Shown piece by piece: positions 1 through 12,696 of a DNA stretch of 64,000 nucleotides. The translations under genes were made by a program, and so were the position numbers. Origin of the DNA: Mytilus edulis (taxonomy: Eukaryota); NCBI RefSeq assembly GCF_963676685.1, contig NC_092349.1, forward strand, positions 7,874,001-7,938,000, in the 5' to 3' direction. Below the pieces are notes generated by a model. That model was not told where the DNA came from, did no database searches, and was given only the letters and a program-made list of their open reading frames with translations. Positions within the stretch are counted from its first letter, which is position 1. The number at the start of each line of letters is the position of its first letter.

Positions 1-69
1 TTGTTAACATGTGTAATACTATACAAAACATGCCTATGTAGATAAAATGACCAAAAAGAAAAGAAGTTA

Positions 70-143
70 ATTCCTTGTTTCCGTTTTCCGTTTCGTTCCG
101 TATTCCGTTCCGTTTTCCGTTTCCGCCGTTTAGCAATACCCCT
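70..143. mobile_element. Right end of a MITE-like element with (TTCCG)n subterminal repeats
   Basis: Repeated ttccg/tttccg motifs ending in tttagcaatacccc. The partner end was not found. Confidence 0.35.
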
Positions 144-522
144 ATCACATTATATTTGAAAAATAAGAGATTTAAGAAGAAAAAAAACAACAATGGGGAC
201 GAAACTGGTATGATTCAACATAGAACATTTATTTTCGAATATCGTTGATTTATTGCTTAAGGTTTCTCAGAAACTGACCTAATTGCGAAACACAAATTAA
301 CAATGACTATTGAACCATTAAAATGAGGCTATGGATAGATGAACCCTGGCAAACCAACATTAACACAATAGCAGTCATTCTTTACACATAATGTAAATAG
401 TTTCTATGAGACGAATCAATTAGGAAACTTTGACTTTTTAAAAAGCAATTTGAAGTGAAAGAAACATTTAAACATATGCATACTCATTTAAAACCGTAGA
501 TGTTCCAATTAAGTACACTCCT

Positions 523-525
<3 letters not shown>

Positions 526-558
<33 letters not shown>
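526..558. repeat. (TA)n microsatellite
   Basis: About 16 perfect TA units. Confidence 0.95.
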
Positions 559-560
<2 letters not shown>

Positions 561-1129
561 TAACTTGTGCGTACATACGTTAGTAAGTAACTCGTGTGCG
601 CAAGTTGTCAAACAAACAGGCGCAAACAAGTCAGTTACCATATCTGTAGCCAAACCTTAACACTATAATTGTTGATTATTTACCAAGATTATTTTAACGT
701 ATATTTTACAGAGACTATCTTATAAACATGAACACCTTTAAAGGGACACTAGCTGTCAAATTCATATTCCCGATTTGACTAAAATTCTCATATTTGATTT
801 ATATAACATACTGAAATGTATATCGTAATTAAAATAAGTCTGATATAAACAGTTAAAAGTGTATGTACTCGATAAAATATATCCGAATGTCGTGTGTAAT
901 TTTGTTTAGACGCCATCTATATACATGTAACTATTGAGACGATCTCCGAAAAAGGTCGACAGTCAAATAATCCGATATAAATATGAATAGATAAGTTAAA
1001 CGACCTCGTGCATTTATTGATGGAATCAGTCAACGATATGATTTACCTTTGTTTTACTTTCTATATTGAAATTCTTTTTTCTTTTAATGACTGAACAAAA
1101 CTATTAAAAGAGTAACCAATATGTAGGGA

Positions 1130-2130
1130 AAAGTTTTAAAAAAAATTACTTTGAAAGTGTTTACTAGCTTTGTTGTATTAACCATATGTTGATTCTAAAA
1201 TACTCTGAAGAACTTATGGATAATTTGAAATCTCAATCTTTTTCTGAAATTTCTTCTATCTATATTTATATTTCACCATTCCCTATGTGAAATTGAAAAA
1301 TTGTCTAAAAGAAATAATCAACAATGGTTGTCTTCATAAAAATTGTAGCATATGCTATAAATTTGTTACTTTGGGATAACATACGGCATATTATGTTAAT
1401 AGTGAACAAAAACAAGGTACATAGAGGAACACGTTATCAGTGTGCTGGAGTTTCTTATTGACAACATATTTGTTTCAATCCGAGAAGTGTTTTTTTCAAC
1501 AAATTGTCGGCATTCCTATAAAAAAGAACTGTGCACCTCCCCTTGCCGACCTCTTCGTACTTTCATATGAGTCGAAGTTCCTTCAGACACTTGTTAAAAC
1601 ATGAAAATCAAATAAGCCAAATCATTTAATTTCACATTCAGATATATTGATGATGTTCCTTTCATTAACAATCAAAACTTTTCTGATTGGATTCCATTAA
1701 AATATCATCCAGAACTAGACATTAAAAAAACAACAGACACGGTTTCCCTCGCCTCATTTTAAGACTTATATCTCGAATTTGACATTCACAGTCATCTCAG
1801 TACAAGAATCTATGACAAACGAGACAATTTTAACTTTCAAATAATCAATTTCCCCCACCTTTTTATCAATATACAAACTTCACCTGCACATTGATATATA
1901 TGTATCCCCTTATTCGGTATTCAAGAGCTTGCAGCTGTTACTCCGACTTTGTAAAATGTCTCCAGTGTCTGTTTAGAAAGTTGACGAACAAAGGGGGTAT
2001 GCCGAAGAAAATCTCGTTCTTTTTGTTTTAAAAACGTCATCAGAAGGTACCAATACCTTGTTGATAAACATTTCGTATCAACTTTACAAATAATATACGA
2101 TGGTCTTAAAGTATAGATTCTATGGGTACT
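1130..2130 (+). pseudogene. Degenerate Penelope-like element reverse transcriptase
   Basis: Broken-frame motifs VGIPxxxNCAPxLADLF (~1506-1557), FTFRYIDDV (~1631-1657), IYDKRDNFNFQIINFPH (~1808-1858) and IRYSRACS (~1912-1935). Confidence 0.8.
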
Positions 2131-3240
2131 TACGTTGTTTATCATAGCGATAACGTGTTATGCTTTTCTTTTATTTGTCTTTATAAATAGAACTGTTACT
2201 GGTTAGTCTATTTTTTTGTGATATCCATTTGACGTTGGACATCCCGTCATTGTGTTATTGTGTATGGTAATAAAAAAATATTGTATTCTTGTCTTTCATT
2301 TTTGCTAATGTGCTTCGTTTTCATATGCCAATTTCTGTATGCTTTTTTTTTTTTTTTTTTACATTTGACGTGGCTTTGTACTTTTACATCCCGTAATTGT
2401 GTTATCGTGCTATGCTATTTTTTTGTATTCATGTCTTATATTTATTCTAATGTGCTTTGTCTATATGCATGTTTGTGTTTGTCTGTTACTTATTTGTTTT
2501 TATTGTGATTGCGATTATAACACAATGTTGATTGCTGTACCCCTTTTTTTGACATGTTTACCCATTATTTCTGTTTATTTTTTCACACATCGTTGTAAAT
2601 AAAATGGAATTTTATACAAGTGAAAGGTATAGCTGGCTATAACACAGTTTAATGAAACATTTTCCAAATAAGAAAATGTCTGTACCAAGTCATGAGTATG
2701 ACAGTTGTTATCCATTCGTTTGATGTGTTGAACTTTTGCCATTTGATTACGGACTTTCCTGTGGTGTCTGTCGTTGATGCCACATAATCGTTGTTGTTCT
2801 TTGGTTAGCATGTTGTGTCAATATTAAAATTTTGTTTGTTCATTTCTCTGTAATGAATGTTCTTGTGAGTGTTTATGTTGTATTTCTGTCACATAGTGAA
2901 GTCATTTTAGGGATATTTTTATGATTGTCATGGAACGGGATATTTGATTAGCCATTAAACCGGGTTCAACCGCCATTTTTCTTAAAATGTCCTAAACCAA
3001 GTCAGGAATGTGGCAGTTGCTATATAACAGTTCGTTTCTATGTATGTTGGCGTTTGTTTATGTTGCCCTTGAGTGTTCTTTTTGTGACTTTGTTTTCCTC
3101 TGATAGTTGATGTGTTTCCCTCGGTTTTAGTTTTAAACCCGGATTTGTTTTCTCTCAATCGATTCATGACTTTTGAACACCTCGTTGCCTTTATTTTCCA
3201 TTTTGAATTTTCCTTGGAGTTTGGAACTTTTGTTATTTTC
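2130..3240 (+). repeat. High-copy interspersed repeats (3' tail of the PLE-like family plus an associated repeat)
   Basis: Homologous segments recur at ~16030-16120, 17355-17525 (-), 21300-21545, 27670-28150 (-), 28200-28520, 33490-33760 (-), 37860-38075 and 50000-50240 (-). Confidence 0.7.
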
Positions 3241-3944
3241 ATTGATAAATTGAAGGTCATATGAATACGGATAAACTCAGGTCGAATTATTCACTTGCAA
3301 GAGAAAATTGTTAAAAACCGTTGTTTCTTTGGTAAATTTTACAAAATTGTAAAAACGATTTATTATTTCAATATTTCACTTTTATAAAGGACTGAAACAC
3401 ACAAAATCTTATTTTTTTCATATCTCGTACCTAGTGCCCCTTAAAATAAAATATATAAGTGTATTTTAGCATCTGTAACCATCAGAGATTTATTACCTCA
3501 AATGCCACTTGAAATGTCTATCGATAAAGACCCCCAATAAATCACACTCTATGATATGCGTTTTAACAGAACAACATGTTAACATTGTTATTTTTTATCA
3601 TTGCTAGATCCACCACACATTTCGTATCAACTTAAAACGCGATGCAGAATAAAATTTTGAATAAACAACTAATAGAAATATTTTAGAAGTTACGGGAACT
3701 TATTATAAAAATCTAGTTTGCCTACATTAGAAATATCTAATGTTTGTTTTGGTGCATATACTGTACAAGAAAATAACATTTTATAAATTTCTTTTTTCAA
3801 GTTTTTCTGGATTGTCCTTTATCTAGAAAGCCCAAACCCCTGATTTTGTTTTGTCCAACATGCAGTTACCGAAACAGAATAACAAAAATCTATGCAAGTA
3901 CAACTTTTATGAGGGAGATGGAACCTTTGGTTTCATAGTAATTT

Positions 3945-4150
3945 ATAAATTGTAAAAGAGAGGCGAAAGATAACAAGGGAAAATTCAAACACATACGTAG
4001 AAAATAAACTGCCAACACCATGATAAAAAAAAACAAGACCGTCAGACAAACTTGATACACAAGACCCAACATTAAAAACTAAAAACTGAGCAACACGAAC
4101 CCCATCAAGAACTGATAGTGATCCCAGGTGCTCCAGACGGGGAAGCAGAT
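3945..4150 (-). repeat. Interspersed repeat
   Basis: Reverse-complement homologue of 46765-46950 and part of 22870-22960. Confidence 0.6.
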
Positions 4151-4538
4151 AACTAATGATGCGAGCAACTTATTATATAGGATAACGGGGAGTTGAAGAT
4201 TTTTCTGTTTATTTAACCTCGGGTTTTTTTTTCATTTATTAAAATGCGATTTTAACCTCAGTCATCGTGTCTTTGCCGAGATGTAAGACTCTTAATAGTT
4301 ATTAAAATATATAGAGGCAGGTTATATGTATATCTAAATCCTAGCAGCATGTAACTTTTGTTTTTATATATCATGCGTATTCAAGCACAAACATCACTTA
4401 ACCATGTATCTGCCTCGAATATACATTTAACAGTTTACATTTAACACATATCAACATAACCTTGAAATCTGAACCATAAATAGTTTAAATTATTTAAATT
4501 ATTTTATAAAATGTGCGTATTCAGTTACCTTTAGTTAA

Positions 4539-5860
4539 GCCCCAGTCCCACTAGACCACGATCGCACTACGCTCACCGCGATCTAAAATAAATTCAGATC
4601 GTGGTGAGGTCGCGGTATGAGCGGCATCAACATTTACATTTTCGTTGCTTTCACGATGCTACTACGTCCTCATTACGCTTCTACAACGATCCCGCTACGA
4701 TTATACCACGTTCTCACCACGCTTATTCTGCGACCTCACTACGCTTATCAAGATCTTTCTACGCTCATCACGTTCTCACTACGACCATACCACGAGTTAT
4801 CCGATTGCAACACGATCTTACCACGCTTTTACTGCGATTATCAGTAATAACGTCAACATCGTGTTCCATATCAATACAATTCCATTCCTTCTATTTCTGA
4901 TTAATACATAGATTTCTCGGAAGCAATACAGTCATGCCACCAAAATCTGCTAGAACACGTTGATGCAGAGGCAGAGGGAGCCCTGACAGTAACGAATCCT
5001 GATCAAGCAGAGTTTTCGGACCGATCAATCAAATCCAAATTACAACTTGTTGCGGGTCCATAAAGCTCAAATGACGATATTTTAGTGAGCGATAGCAGAG
5101 ATGACACAGATATGTTAATAGATATAGGAAGATGTGGTATGAGTGTCAATGAGACAGCTCTCCATCCAAGTAACAATTTATAAACCATTATAGGCCAAGG
5201 TACGGCCTTCAACACGGAGCATTGGCTCACACCGAACAGCAAGCTATAAAGGGCCCCAAAAATAACGTCTATAGTGTAAAACCATTCAAACGGGAAAACT
5301 AACGGTCTAATCTATATAAACGAGAAGCATGGCTGAGCTGTTTGAGAAAATGGACAAGAACTTCATACAGACAAACAAAACCTAGAGATATATAATATAT
5401 TTTATGTGAAAATGACAATGAGAATAATTGTCATAGTATGAACGAAGTCAGGTCGTAAGAAGAGCGTGATGAGGACGGCAAGGGCGTGCTAGAATCGTAC
5501 TATGGTCTTGAATAGGGTGGTGTAAACGGGGGAAAGTCGTAGTGGAAGCGTAGTTGGGTCGCGATGAGAACGTGATGGTCGTAGTGAGGTCGTAATAACG
5601 TCGCTGTAAGATCGTAGCGCAGTCTCTCCGAAGAGAATCACGCTTTCGCTACGATGGTACAGCGACCTTTGCGATCTTACTACGACATTAGTGCGCTCTC
5701 ACTACGCTTCTACTACGACCTGATTTCGCCACGACCGCACCACGATTGTTTTGAACATGTTCAAAGTTGGTCACGCTCATCACGAACTTGAAGACCTCAC
5801 CACGACCGTGATACGACCTTACTGCGATCTACACGATCGCACTACGATCATCAAAATTTG
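4539..5860 (+). mobile_element. Non-autonomous DNA transposon (PIF/Harbinger-like), right end deleted
   Basis: Starts abruptly after gttaa with gccccagtcccactagaccacgatcgcactacg. It has dense cacg/tacg subterminal motifs in both orientations, and acgatcgcactacg recurs at ~5833 just before an abrupt switch to Academ coding sequence. The superfamily call is inference. Confidence 0.5.
5118..5325 (+). repeat. High-copy interspersed repeat inserted in the Harbinger-like element
   Basis: gatataggaagatgtggtatgagtg... also occurs at 27073, 42060, 57886, and reversed at ~54600-54700 and 56300-56350. Confidence 0.75.
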
Positions 5861-5861
5861 C

Positions 5862-8800
5862 CAACAGTTGTTTATCCTGACGAACTGTTGCACAATCCAC
5901 TAGTTTCATCCGTCTTGTCACGCAGCTGTATACAACAGAGAGGGATCAAAGAGACAAATATAGATTGAAAGCAGTTGTATACAGGAAGAAAATATAATGA
6001 AAGAAACTGCATTAGCTGAGCTTGTTACATACATCTTTGAAACTCAAAGAAACTCTGAAGAGTCGGTGGTGTTTCAATTAGCAGACCTGGCAAACCTATA
6101 CGAAGAAAGATTGACACAGCTTGGTTCTTCTCATCTTCGCTAGCCAAGGGTTACGATCCACTCCCGCTCTCTTCACCCTTGGCGGATTGAGATAAAATTT
6201 CGGAGACACAAGGTAAGGATTTTTATTGGTTGCAGTCAAAACTCGCTGCATCCAATCAAAAAGCGCCTATAACATGATCACATGTAAATGCATAAAGTGT
6301 TTGTAAACAATTACCACGTGTTTATTGTGCAACAAGTCTTTACATCCCTACACATACGACTATATTTAGTGACAACTTGAATGTTTTTAATCAACCAATA
6401 GAAGTTCCTGTGTATGTTTCATGCACAAATGCATGAATGTTGACGTATATTTTCATTTCCGGCTTTACCAAGTATGCAGAATCTAAATGCTACCGTGTTT
6501 TTACCTCCAAATTGAAGAGTTCAAGTGCTACCATTGGTCAAGAATAACGGTATTCGGAATGGGCGTGATTTTTATCTTCCGATAGATGGCGCAACATTGT
6601 TATCACAAATGTTGGCTCAATCCGCCAAGGGTGAAGAGAGCGGGAGTGGATCGTAACCCTTGGCTAGCGAAGATGGGTTCTTCTGCACAGGTAGATTCTA
6701 CTCGCCCGAAGGACAAGCTTTTGCAGAAGATGCCAGAACTAGAAGCCCACACGAAGGCCGGAGATATATTTTTGATGTTTGTAAAAGATATAGGACCAGC
6801 TATTGCGTTTGCTTGTGATTATAATGACACCATGTATATGGCAAAGACGGCCGAAATGATTCGCTGCCAGTTAGCTTCTTAGAAGACAACATTTTTCTTG
6901 ATCCTGTTCTCTGAAGATATTGATGATAGCATACCCCCTCCTTAGTTACAGTTGGTGAAAATGATAGAGCATGGATCTGATATTAAATCGCAGTAAGACA
7001 ACGTTTCTTCTAAGTCTGACGTAGCTCTGGCCCAACTTTTAATGTTTAATTATCATCCAAACAGCCAAAAGGTTATAGTACAACACAAACATTCAGCTGA
7101 TCGCGAGACACCATTTTGTGTGTATCTTGGACTGTTACTCTTTGCAAAAACAAGGAAGAGACAGCTAATAGATACATTATTTCAACACAGGTAATGTATC
7201 TCGTACGATCGGGTACTGGAAATATCAACTCAACTATGTAAAGCTGTTGTTAAACGTTATTTAAATGAAGGTGCACAGTGTTTACTACAGCTGCAGTCGA
7301 CAACATAGACCCCAACCCAAGCTCAACAACATCAAAATCATCTTTTCATGGGACTGGAATCTCTATTTTCCAACATCCAATGAAAGATAATATCGGCGTT
7401 AGAAGGGATCAGTTAATATTACCTACAAATAATCCAAAATCTTAAAAGGTACCTGAACTTCCTGCTGCTTATATGAATATGAAACCTGCATATCTTAAAA
7501 CAAAACCAGAACCACTCATTCTGCCTGACGATGCTATTAATATACTTAACCACGACTATCTATTCATGAGTTGGCAAAATGAGTATGAGTGGTTAAATAT
7601 GGTGAGGTTAATGAGTGAAGATATTACATCTGAACATATTTCATGGTCATCATTTCTTTCTTTCAGAAAAATGTGGATCAACTGTTAAAGTGAGTCTTAC
7701 CTGCTAAATGTCATTATTTACATGCTTTATGTCATAAATGATTATGGATATCCATTACTTGAGGATTCTGAAGATATCTAAAAGCAGGCACAGGGAAACT
7801 GTCACAAATTAAACAAACTGGACGCAATCTGTATTCTGACTACAGAACCCAAATGCAGAACACGGCAAGCATTTATAAAGCTATTGAGAAAAACAACTTT
7901 TCTGTTGTTCAATCGCCAACCAAATAAAAGTTCTTGTGAATCAAAAAGCAAGCTTGACCTCACCCTAGAAGATTGCAGTCTGTTTTTTCAAGGCTTTTCA
8001 TATCCTGTCAAAGCAGACAATGCGACTTGGAAGAGTTTTTCAGTCACGAAAATCAGAAATGTCCTCCTTCTTTGTCTCAAAGTGGAAAAATCAATATTGC
8101 GTTAAGGCACAGCTTTTGGAAGATCTAGAAGCTAACGGAGATTTACCAAGATAAGAACCTCAGACATACATGGTAATGTTGATGGAGCGGCTATGGTCAA
8201 TTTGAAATCACCGCGTGGAACATACTCTTTTGATGAATACGCAAAAGATGTGATTTTACCGTACATTATCCACCTTACTGCAAATCATTCAGGAGTAGAC
8301 GTGATCTATGATATTTACATTGAAACAGTCTTAAAGAACACACAAAAGCGAGGGTGCTTGAACCAGACATAAAATTGTGATACTCAGATAGCTTGGTCAA
8401 GCTTAATTCGAGTGGAAGAAAACAACGGAATTGTTTCATTTCTTTGCGGTCAAAATTTGCTGGATTCGATCTGACAAAATGATTTTTGTGTCAAAAGGTG
8501 AAAATGTTGTGACCAATTCTGATGATGATCATAATGATCTCAGTCCTTGTAATCACCAGGAAGCAGACACAAGGATATTTGTTCATATCAAAAGTGCACC
8601 TGAAAAGGGGTGCAAGTTTTCATTGGTAATAAGTTCAGACACTGATGTAGTGGTTTTGTCGTTGTCTCTTTTCAAAACACTGCAAGTAGAAAAACTTTGG
8701 GTTGCATTTGGAAAAGGAAAAGGAGATTCACGAAATTTATCATACTCTTGGTCCTTAACCAGAACTTTACCATTTTTTCATGCTTTCACTGGATGTGACA

Positions 8801-9263
8801 CTGTCTCCGCTTTTCATGGAACGGGAAAGAAATCGGCATGGCAGCTGTGGGAAATAATCAATGATGTAACCAAGGTGTTTTGGCAATTGAGTAACAAACC
8901 ACTATTGGTCAGTGAACAGAATGTACGACAGAATTACACCAACATTTGCACGCAAACACAGACAGTATGACACAATTCCACCCACCAGAGATGCACTGCT
9001 TGAGCAAACGAGCTGCATACCAAGGTGGCCATGTATTGGGACAGGAAGTCACACAAGAACAACATCTATCTAGTTCTGGTGATTGGGGATGGACTAAGGA
9101 GAACGCAGATGGGTTGTGGATTTCCCATTGGACACAATTAGCAGCAATTACTGCATCTTGCCAGGAGTTACACAAATGTGGCTGCAAGAAAACTTGTTCT
9201 GGTAGATGTAAGTGTTACAAAGCTGGCTTGACCTGTACAACATTGTGTTCCTGTAGCTTTTAA
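5862..9263 (+). pseudogene. Academ transposase-XPG nuclease-Cys8 polyprotein pseudogene
   Basis: Many stops and frameshifts. ORF pieces are 6586-6882 (partly), 7473-7688, 8431-8970 and 8946-9263. Confidence 0.8.
6132..6675. mobile_element. 544-bp MITE with 60-bp perfect TIRs and 9-bp TSD (AcademH-like by TSD length and termini)
   Basis: TIRs at 6132-6191 and 6616-6675, with TSD ggttcttct at 6123-6131 and 6676-6684. Excision restores the host reading ERLTQLGSS|AQVDSTRPKDKLL. Confidence 0.9.
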
Positions 9264-9294
9264 CACGGAATACATCGAAAAAAATGTTAGATTA

Positions 9295-9637
9295 CTTTCT
9301 ACATTGGCTAGAGGTAAAGGGGGAGGGTTGAGATCTCACAAACATGTTTAACCCCGCCGCATTTGTGCGCCTGTCCCAAGTCAGGAGCCTCTGGCCTTTG
9401 TTAGTCTTGTATTAGTTTAATTTTAGTTTCTTGTGTACTATTTGGAAATTAGTATGGCGCTCATTATCACTGAACTAGTATATATGTGTTTAGGGGCAAG
9501 CTGAAGGACGCCTCCGGGTGCGGGAATTTCTCGCTACATTGAAGACCTGATGATGACCTTCTGCTGTTGTTTTTTTTTTTTCTATGGTCGGGTTGTTGTC
9601 TCTTTGGCACATTCCCCATTTCCATTCTCAATTTTAA
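9295..9637 (+). repeat. High-copy interspersed repeat
   Basis: Homologous pieces at 22085-22135 (-), 36150-36270 (-) and 51090-51155. Confidence 0.75.
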
Positions 9638-10674
9638 TACATTGATCAATCCTCCAGCATGTCTTATATAATTACCAATATATCAAACCGACATTTTTAT
9701 CGCATATCCTTACCAATATTATTTCACTCAAGTGTATAAACTTTTACGACCCTAACCGAAAGTGGTGAATATTTTCATGTCATTTTATTGTATTTCAAAT
9801 AGTTTTCATGACTTATATTACGTTGAAAATGGTAAGGATATTTTTTTCAATCTCCACTATTCAGCAAAATGATGTCAATTTTTGATTCAAGATGGCCGCC
9901 GTGAAAAAAATCAAAAACATGTTGGCTAACCCTCTAATATGATAAGCTTCACCCTAAAGAACGTCTGTACCAAATCCTATGCTTGTATCACTATTTGCAT
10001 GATTTTGTCAAATTTCGGTACTAAGCCGCCCTACTATAACAAAGAGCATAAAAACAAATAAATCAATTAGACTCAAAGTTATATCTTTTCCAAGATTCTC
10101 AAAATTACACTGAATCCGATTCAATTACTTAACAAAAGAAAGCATATATTCTTACGATCTAATGAGGTGGGGGATGTAAATAACATTTCATAAAGCAAGG
10201 TCATCCACAGTATTGGAAGACATGATATTGTGTAATGCGGATAATAATCTGTATATAGCTTCAGTACAAACAGGTCAGACCATTAAACAAATTTGTTTCG
10301 GTATCATTCGATTGCCAACTCCTAGATGGAGAGCTTATACAGGTATACATAAAACCTTCTATTAGTCATTATACTCATTGATAGATTTTCTTGTAAACTC
10401 ATCGTGTTTTCCAAGAATGCAACAAATAAACATTTAAAAAAAATGAATATTGCGTTTTTCAACATGCTTATTTTTTTTTAATAAAACTCTAAACAAATAT
10501 CTTTGTTCGAAGCGCGTCTAAATAAACCTTCTTCTGAAACATATAATATTATTTGTAAAATTGAAATTTGGGCAAGTAATTGTTACATTTAAACAACTAC
10601 AAACAAAGATTTGATTAAATATTTTTTTTCAAATATTTAAATCTAATATTTACTTTACGTTATACTACAGAATC

Positions 10675-12345
10675 ATGGCCAGTAAACTTGGTTGTAGTGT
10701 ATGTAACCAACGCAAAATTACTAAACCATCAGTAGTCTGGTGTTCAGAATGCAATGAAGGACTATGTGAAGATTATAGAGAACATCACAGCCTTTCGAAC
10801 GCAACAACAAATCATGAAACAGTTCCCATCGCCAAATACACAAAGCTACCAGCCGAGGTCTTGCGAGTAGCTCAGTTCTGCCAAATTCATAACGAGAAAT
10901 ATGAACTTTTCCGTAGGAAACATGATTCTCCATGCTGTAAGCAATGTGTAGAGATGCACAATAAGTGTAAAGATTTAACTGACATAAATAACATGATAGG
11001 GAATATCAAATCTTCTGCAGCATTTCTGGAAATAGACCACACCTTATCAGAAGTTGCCGACAATTTCAAAAGAATACGCATCAATCGAGAGGAAAATCTG
11101 GCATCAATTCGAGAAAAGAGAAAGGCAATTGAAATTCAAATTCAAGATATTCGTACCATGATAAATGAACGTCTAGATAAACTTCAGGATGATATAATGG
11201 GTGAACTAAAGACGGTGGAGGAAAGAGAAAGTAATAAGATCCGACAACTTTTGAGTTCATTGATACAGAAAGAAAAAGAGATCTTCGAATACCAAGGTCA
11301 TTTTGAAAATACAAAACAGTATGCCTCGGAGTACCAATCATTTTTGACTTTAAAACAAATAGAAAAGTATGTCGCAAACGAAGATCACTTTATACAGTCG
11401 ATTATCAAAGAGGAACATGCGAATCAAATCGATATAACTTGCAGCGTTGATACATCATTGCAAACATTTACCGCCAGCATGAAGAAGTTTGGAGATGTTT
11501 TAGTGAATTCAAGTCCATGTAATATAACCATCCTAAAGAGAAAGTTTCAACAAGCTCAAATAATTGTAGCACAATCTACAAGAAATTTTGATAGCATTAC
11601 ACTCAGGTTGAAACAAAAAATACAAGATTCGTTGACAAATATCCGAGGATGTACCTTCCTTCCAGGTGGTAAAATGGTGTTCTTTTGTTTGAATAGGAAA
11701 GAATTGGAGGTTTTCATGCCAAATGGATCACAAGAATTCATACTTTCCAATATTGGTCGCGTATTTGACGTGGTATATATAGGAGATGGTTCTTCAGCAG
11801 TTACATCAGGCGGGACTAGCTATTCAAGGCAGATACATATAGTAGATATTGATCAAAGAATTGAAAAAAATAGAAATTGATTCGTCCAATACTGGAGTTG
11901 CATTCAATAAAGGAAGGTTAATCTATTGCGCCAGAGGCATTGGAATAAAGATGATCAGTCTCATAGACGAATCTATCACCAATTTAACAACAACTGAAAT
12001 GTCCAATCTTGCTTACATATACGTAGCAAGTTTGGTGACAACTTATTCTACACACAAAAAAATAATGACAGTGTTACTTGTTGTCATTTTCATGGTAAAA
12101 CATTGTGGACCTTCAGTGATAGTAGTGTTCTCCGTTATCCGCTCGGTATATCTGTAGACAATAATGGGAATGTACATGTGTACGTAGTTGGATATATTTC
12201 TCACAATGTGGTGGTTATTTCTAACGACGGTCAAATCCATAGACAACTTTTATCGACGGAAGATGGACTTGATTATCCATCAGTTGTAGAGTACGTTGCT
12301 AATAATAATGGAGAAGCCTTCGTTTATGATGTTATATATGATATA
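10675..12345 (+). pseudogene. RING-less TRIM-like protein (two B-boxes, coiled coil, NHL/beta-propeller-like C-terminus), frameshifted
   Basis: B-box1 CSVC...WCSECNEGLCEDYREHH and B-box2 CQIH...FRRKHDSPCCKQC...H, each with a Zn-ligand substitution (C>Y, C>R). A coiled coil follows, and the propeller repeats (YPLGISVDNNGNV) are split over ORFs 10675, 11849 and 12103. An acceptor tatactacag lies just upstream of the ATG. Confidence 0.85.
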
Positions 12346-12696
12346 AAGTTTTATTCAACACCATTTTATTAATATTGTAGCCCTCGTACTAATGCTTATG
12401 AATTCTCTATCAGTCGACAACATATATTTACGTTAAGATCTTTTTACATCTCAATAATTACATTAGAGGTATGTTTCATTACAATACGTTATTCTGATTG
12501 GCTAACTGCACATCATGTGTTATTCCTTAAGCAGTTGTATCACTCAATAAAACTTCTCATTCATGATGACACGAGGTCCCACAATAAAGTGCACAGGTAA
12601 ATAAAATAAAAACTTGATAAAAGGCGTGTTTTCATGATCCTATAGGTAAAAATGTAATTATAAGTATTGAATGCTTTTTTTTTTGTAACGTTATTA

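Larger units (their letters stand above)
742..3440. mobile_element. Kolobok-like non-autonomous DNA element, split by later insertions
   Basis: TTAA|agggacactag at 738-752 and ctagtgcccc|TTAA at 3431-3444 form short TIRs with TTAA flanks. The interior ~1080-3240 is occupied by other repeats. Confidence 0.5.
5861..10036 (+). mobile_element. Academ (AcademX-type) DNA transposon relic, 5' part deleted
   Basis: Transposase-like motif FTTAAVDNIDPNPSSTTSKSSFHGTGISIFQHP (~7282-7380), XPG/PIN-like motifs HQEADTR, SDTDV and FTGCDTVS (8431-8970), and a C-terminal Cys8 CGCKKTCSGRCKCYKAGLTCTTLCSC (to 9263). The right terminus reads ...ctaagccgccctacta (reverse TAGTAGGGCGG). Confidence 0.8.

Noticed and set aside
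4601-4911. Three overlapping ORFs in all plus frames
   Set aside because: They come from low-complexity transposon subterminal repeats and show no protein motif.
6586-6882. 98-aa ORF as an independent gene
   Set aside because: It is a chimera of the MITE right TIR and a piece of Academ transposase.
8431-9263. Host XPG/FEN1 or tesmin-like CXC gene
   Set aside because: It is collinear with transposase motifs and a transposon terminus and is heavily disrupted, so it is better explained as Academ.
9490-9565. Possible hammerhead or HDV-like ribozyme (ctgaaggacgcctccgggtgcgggaa)
   Set aside because: The core does not fit CUGANGA...GAAA, and I could not build the required stems or pseudoknot by eye.
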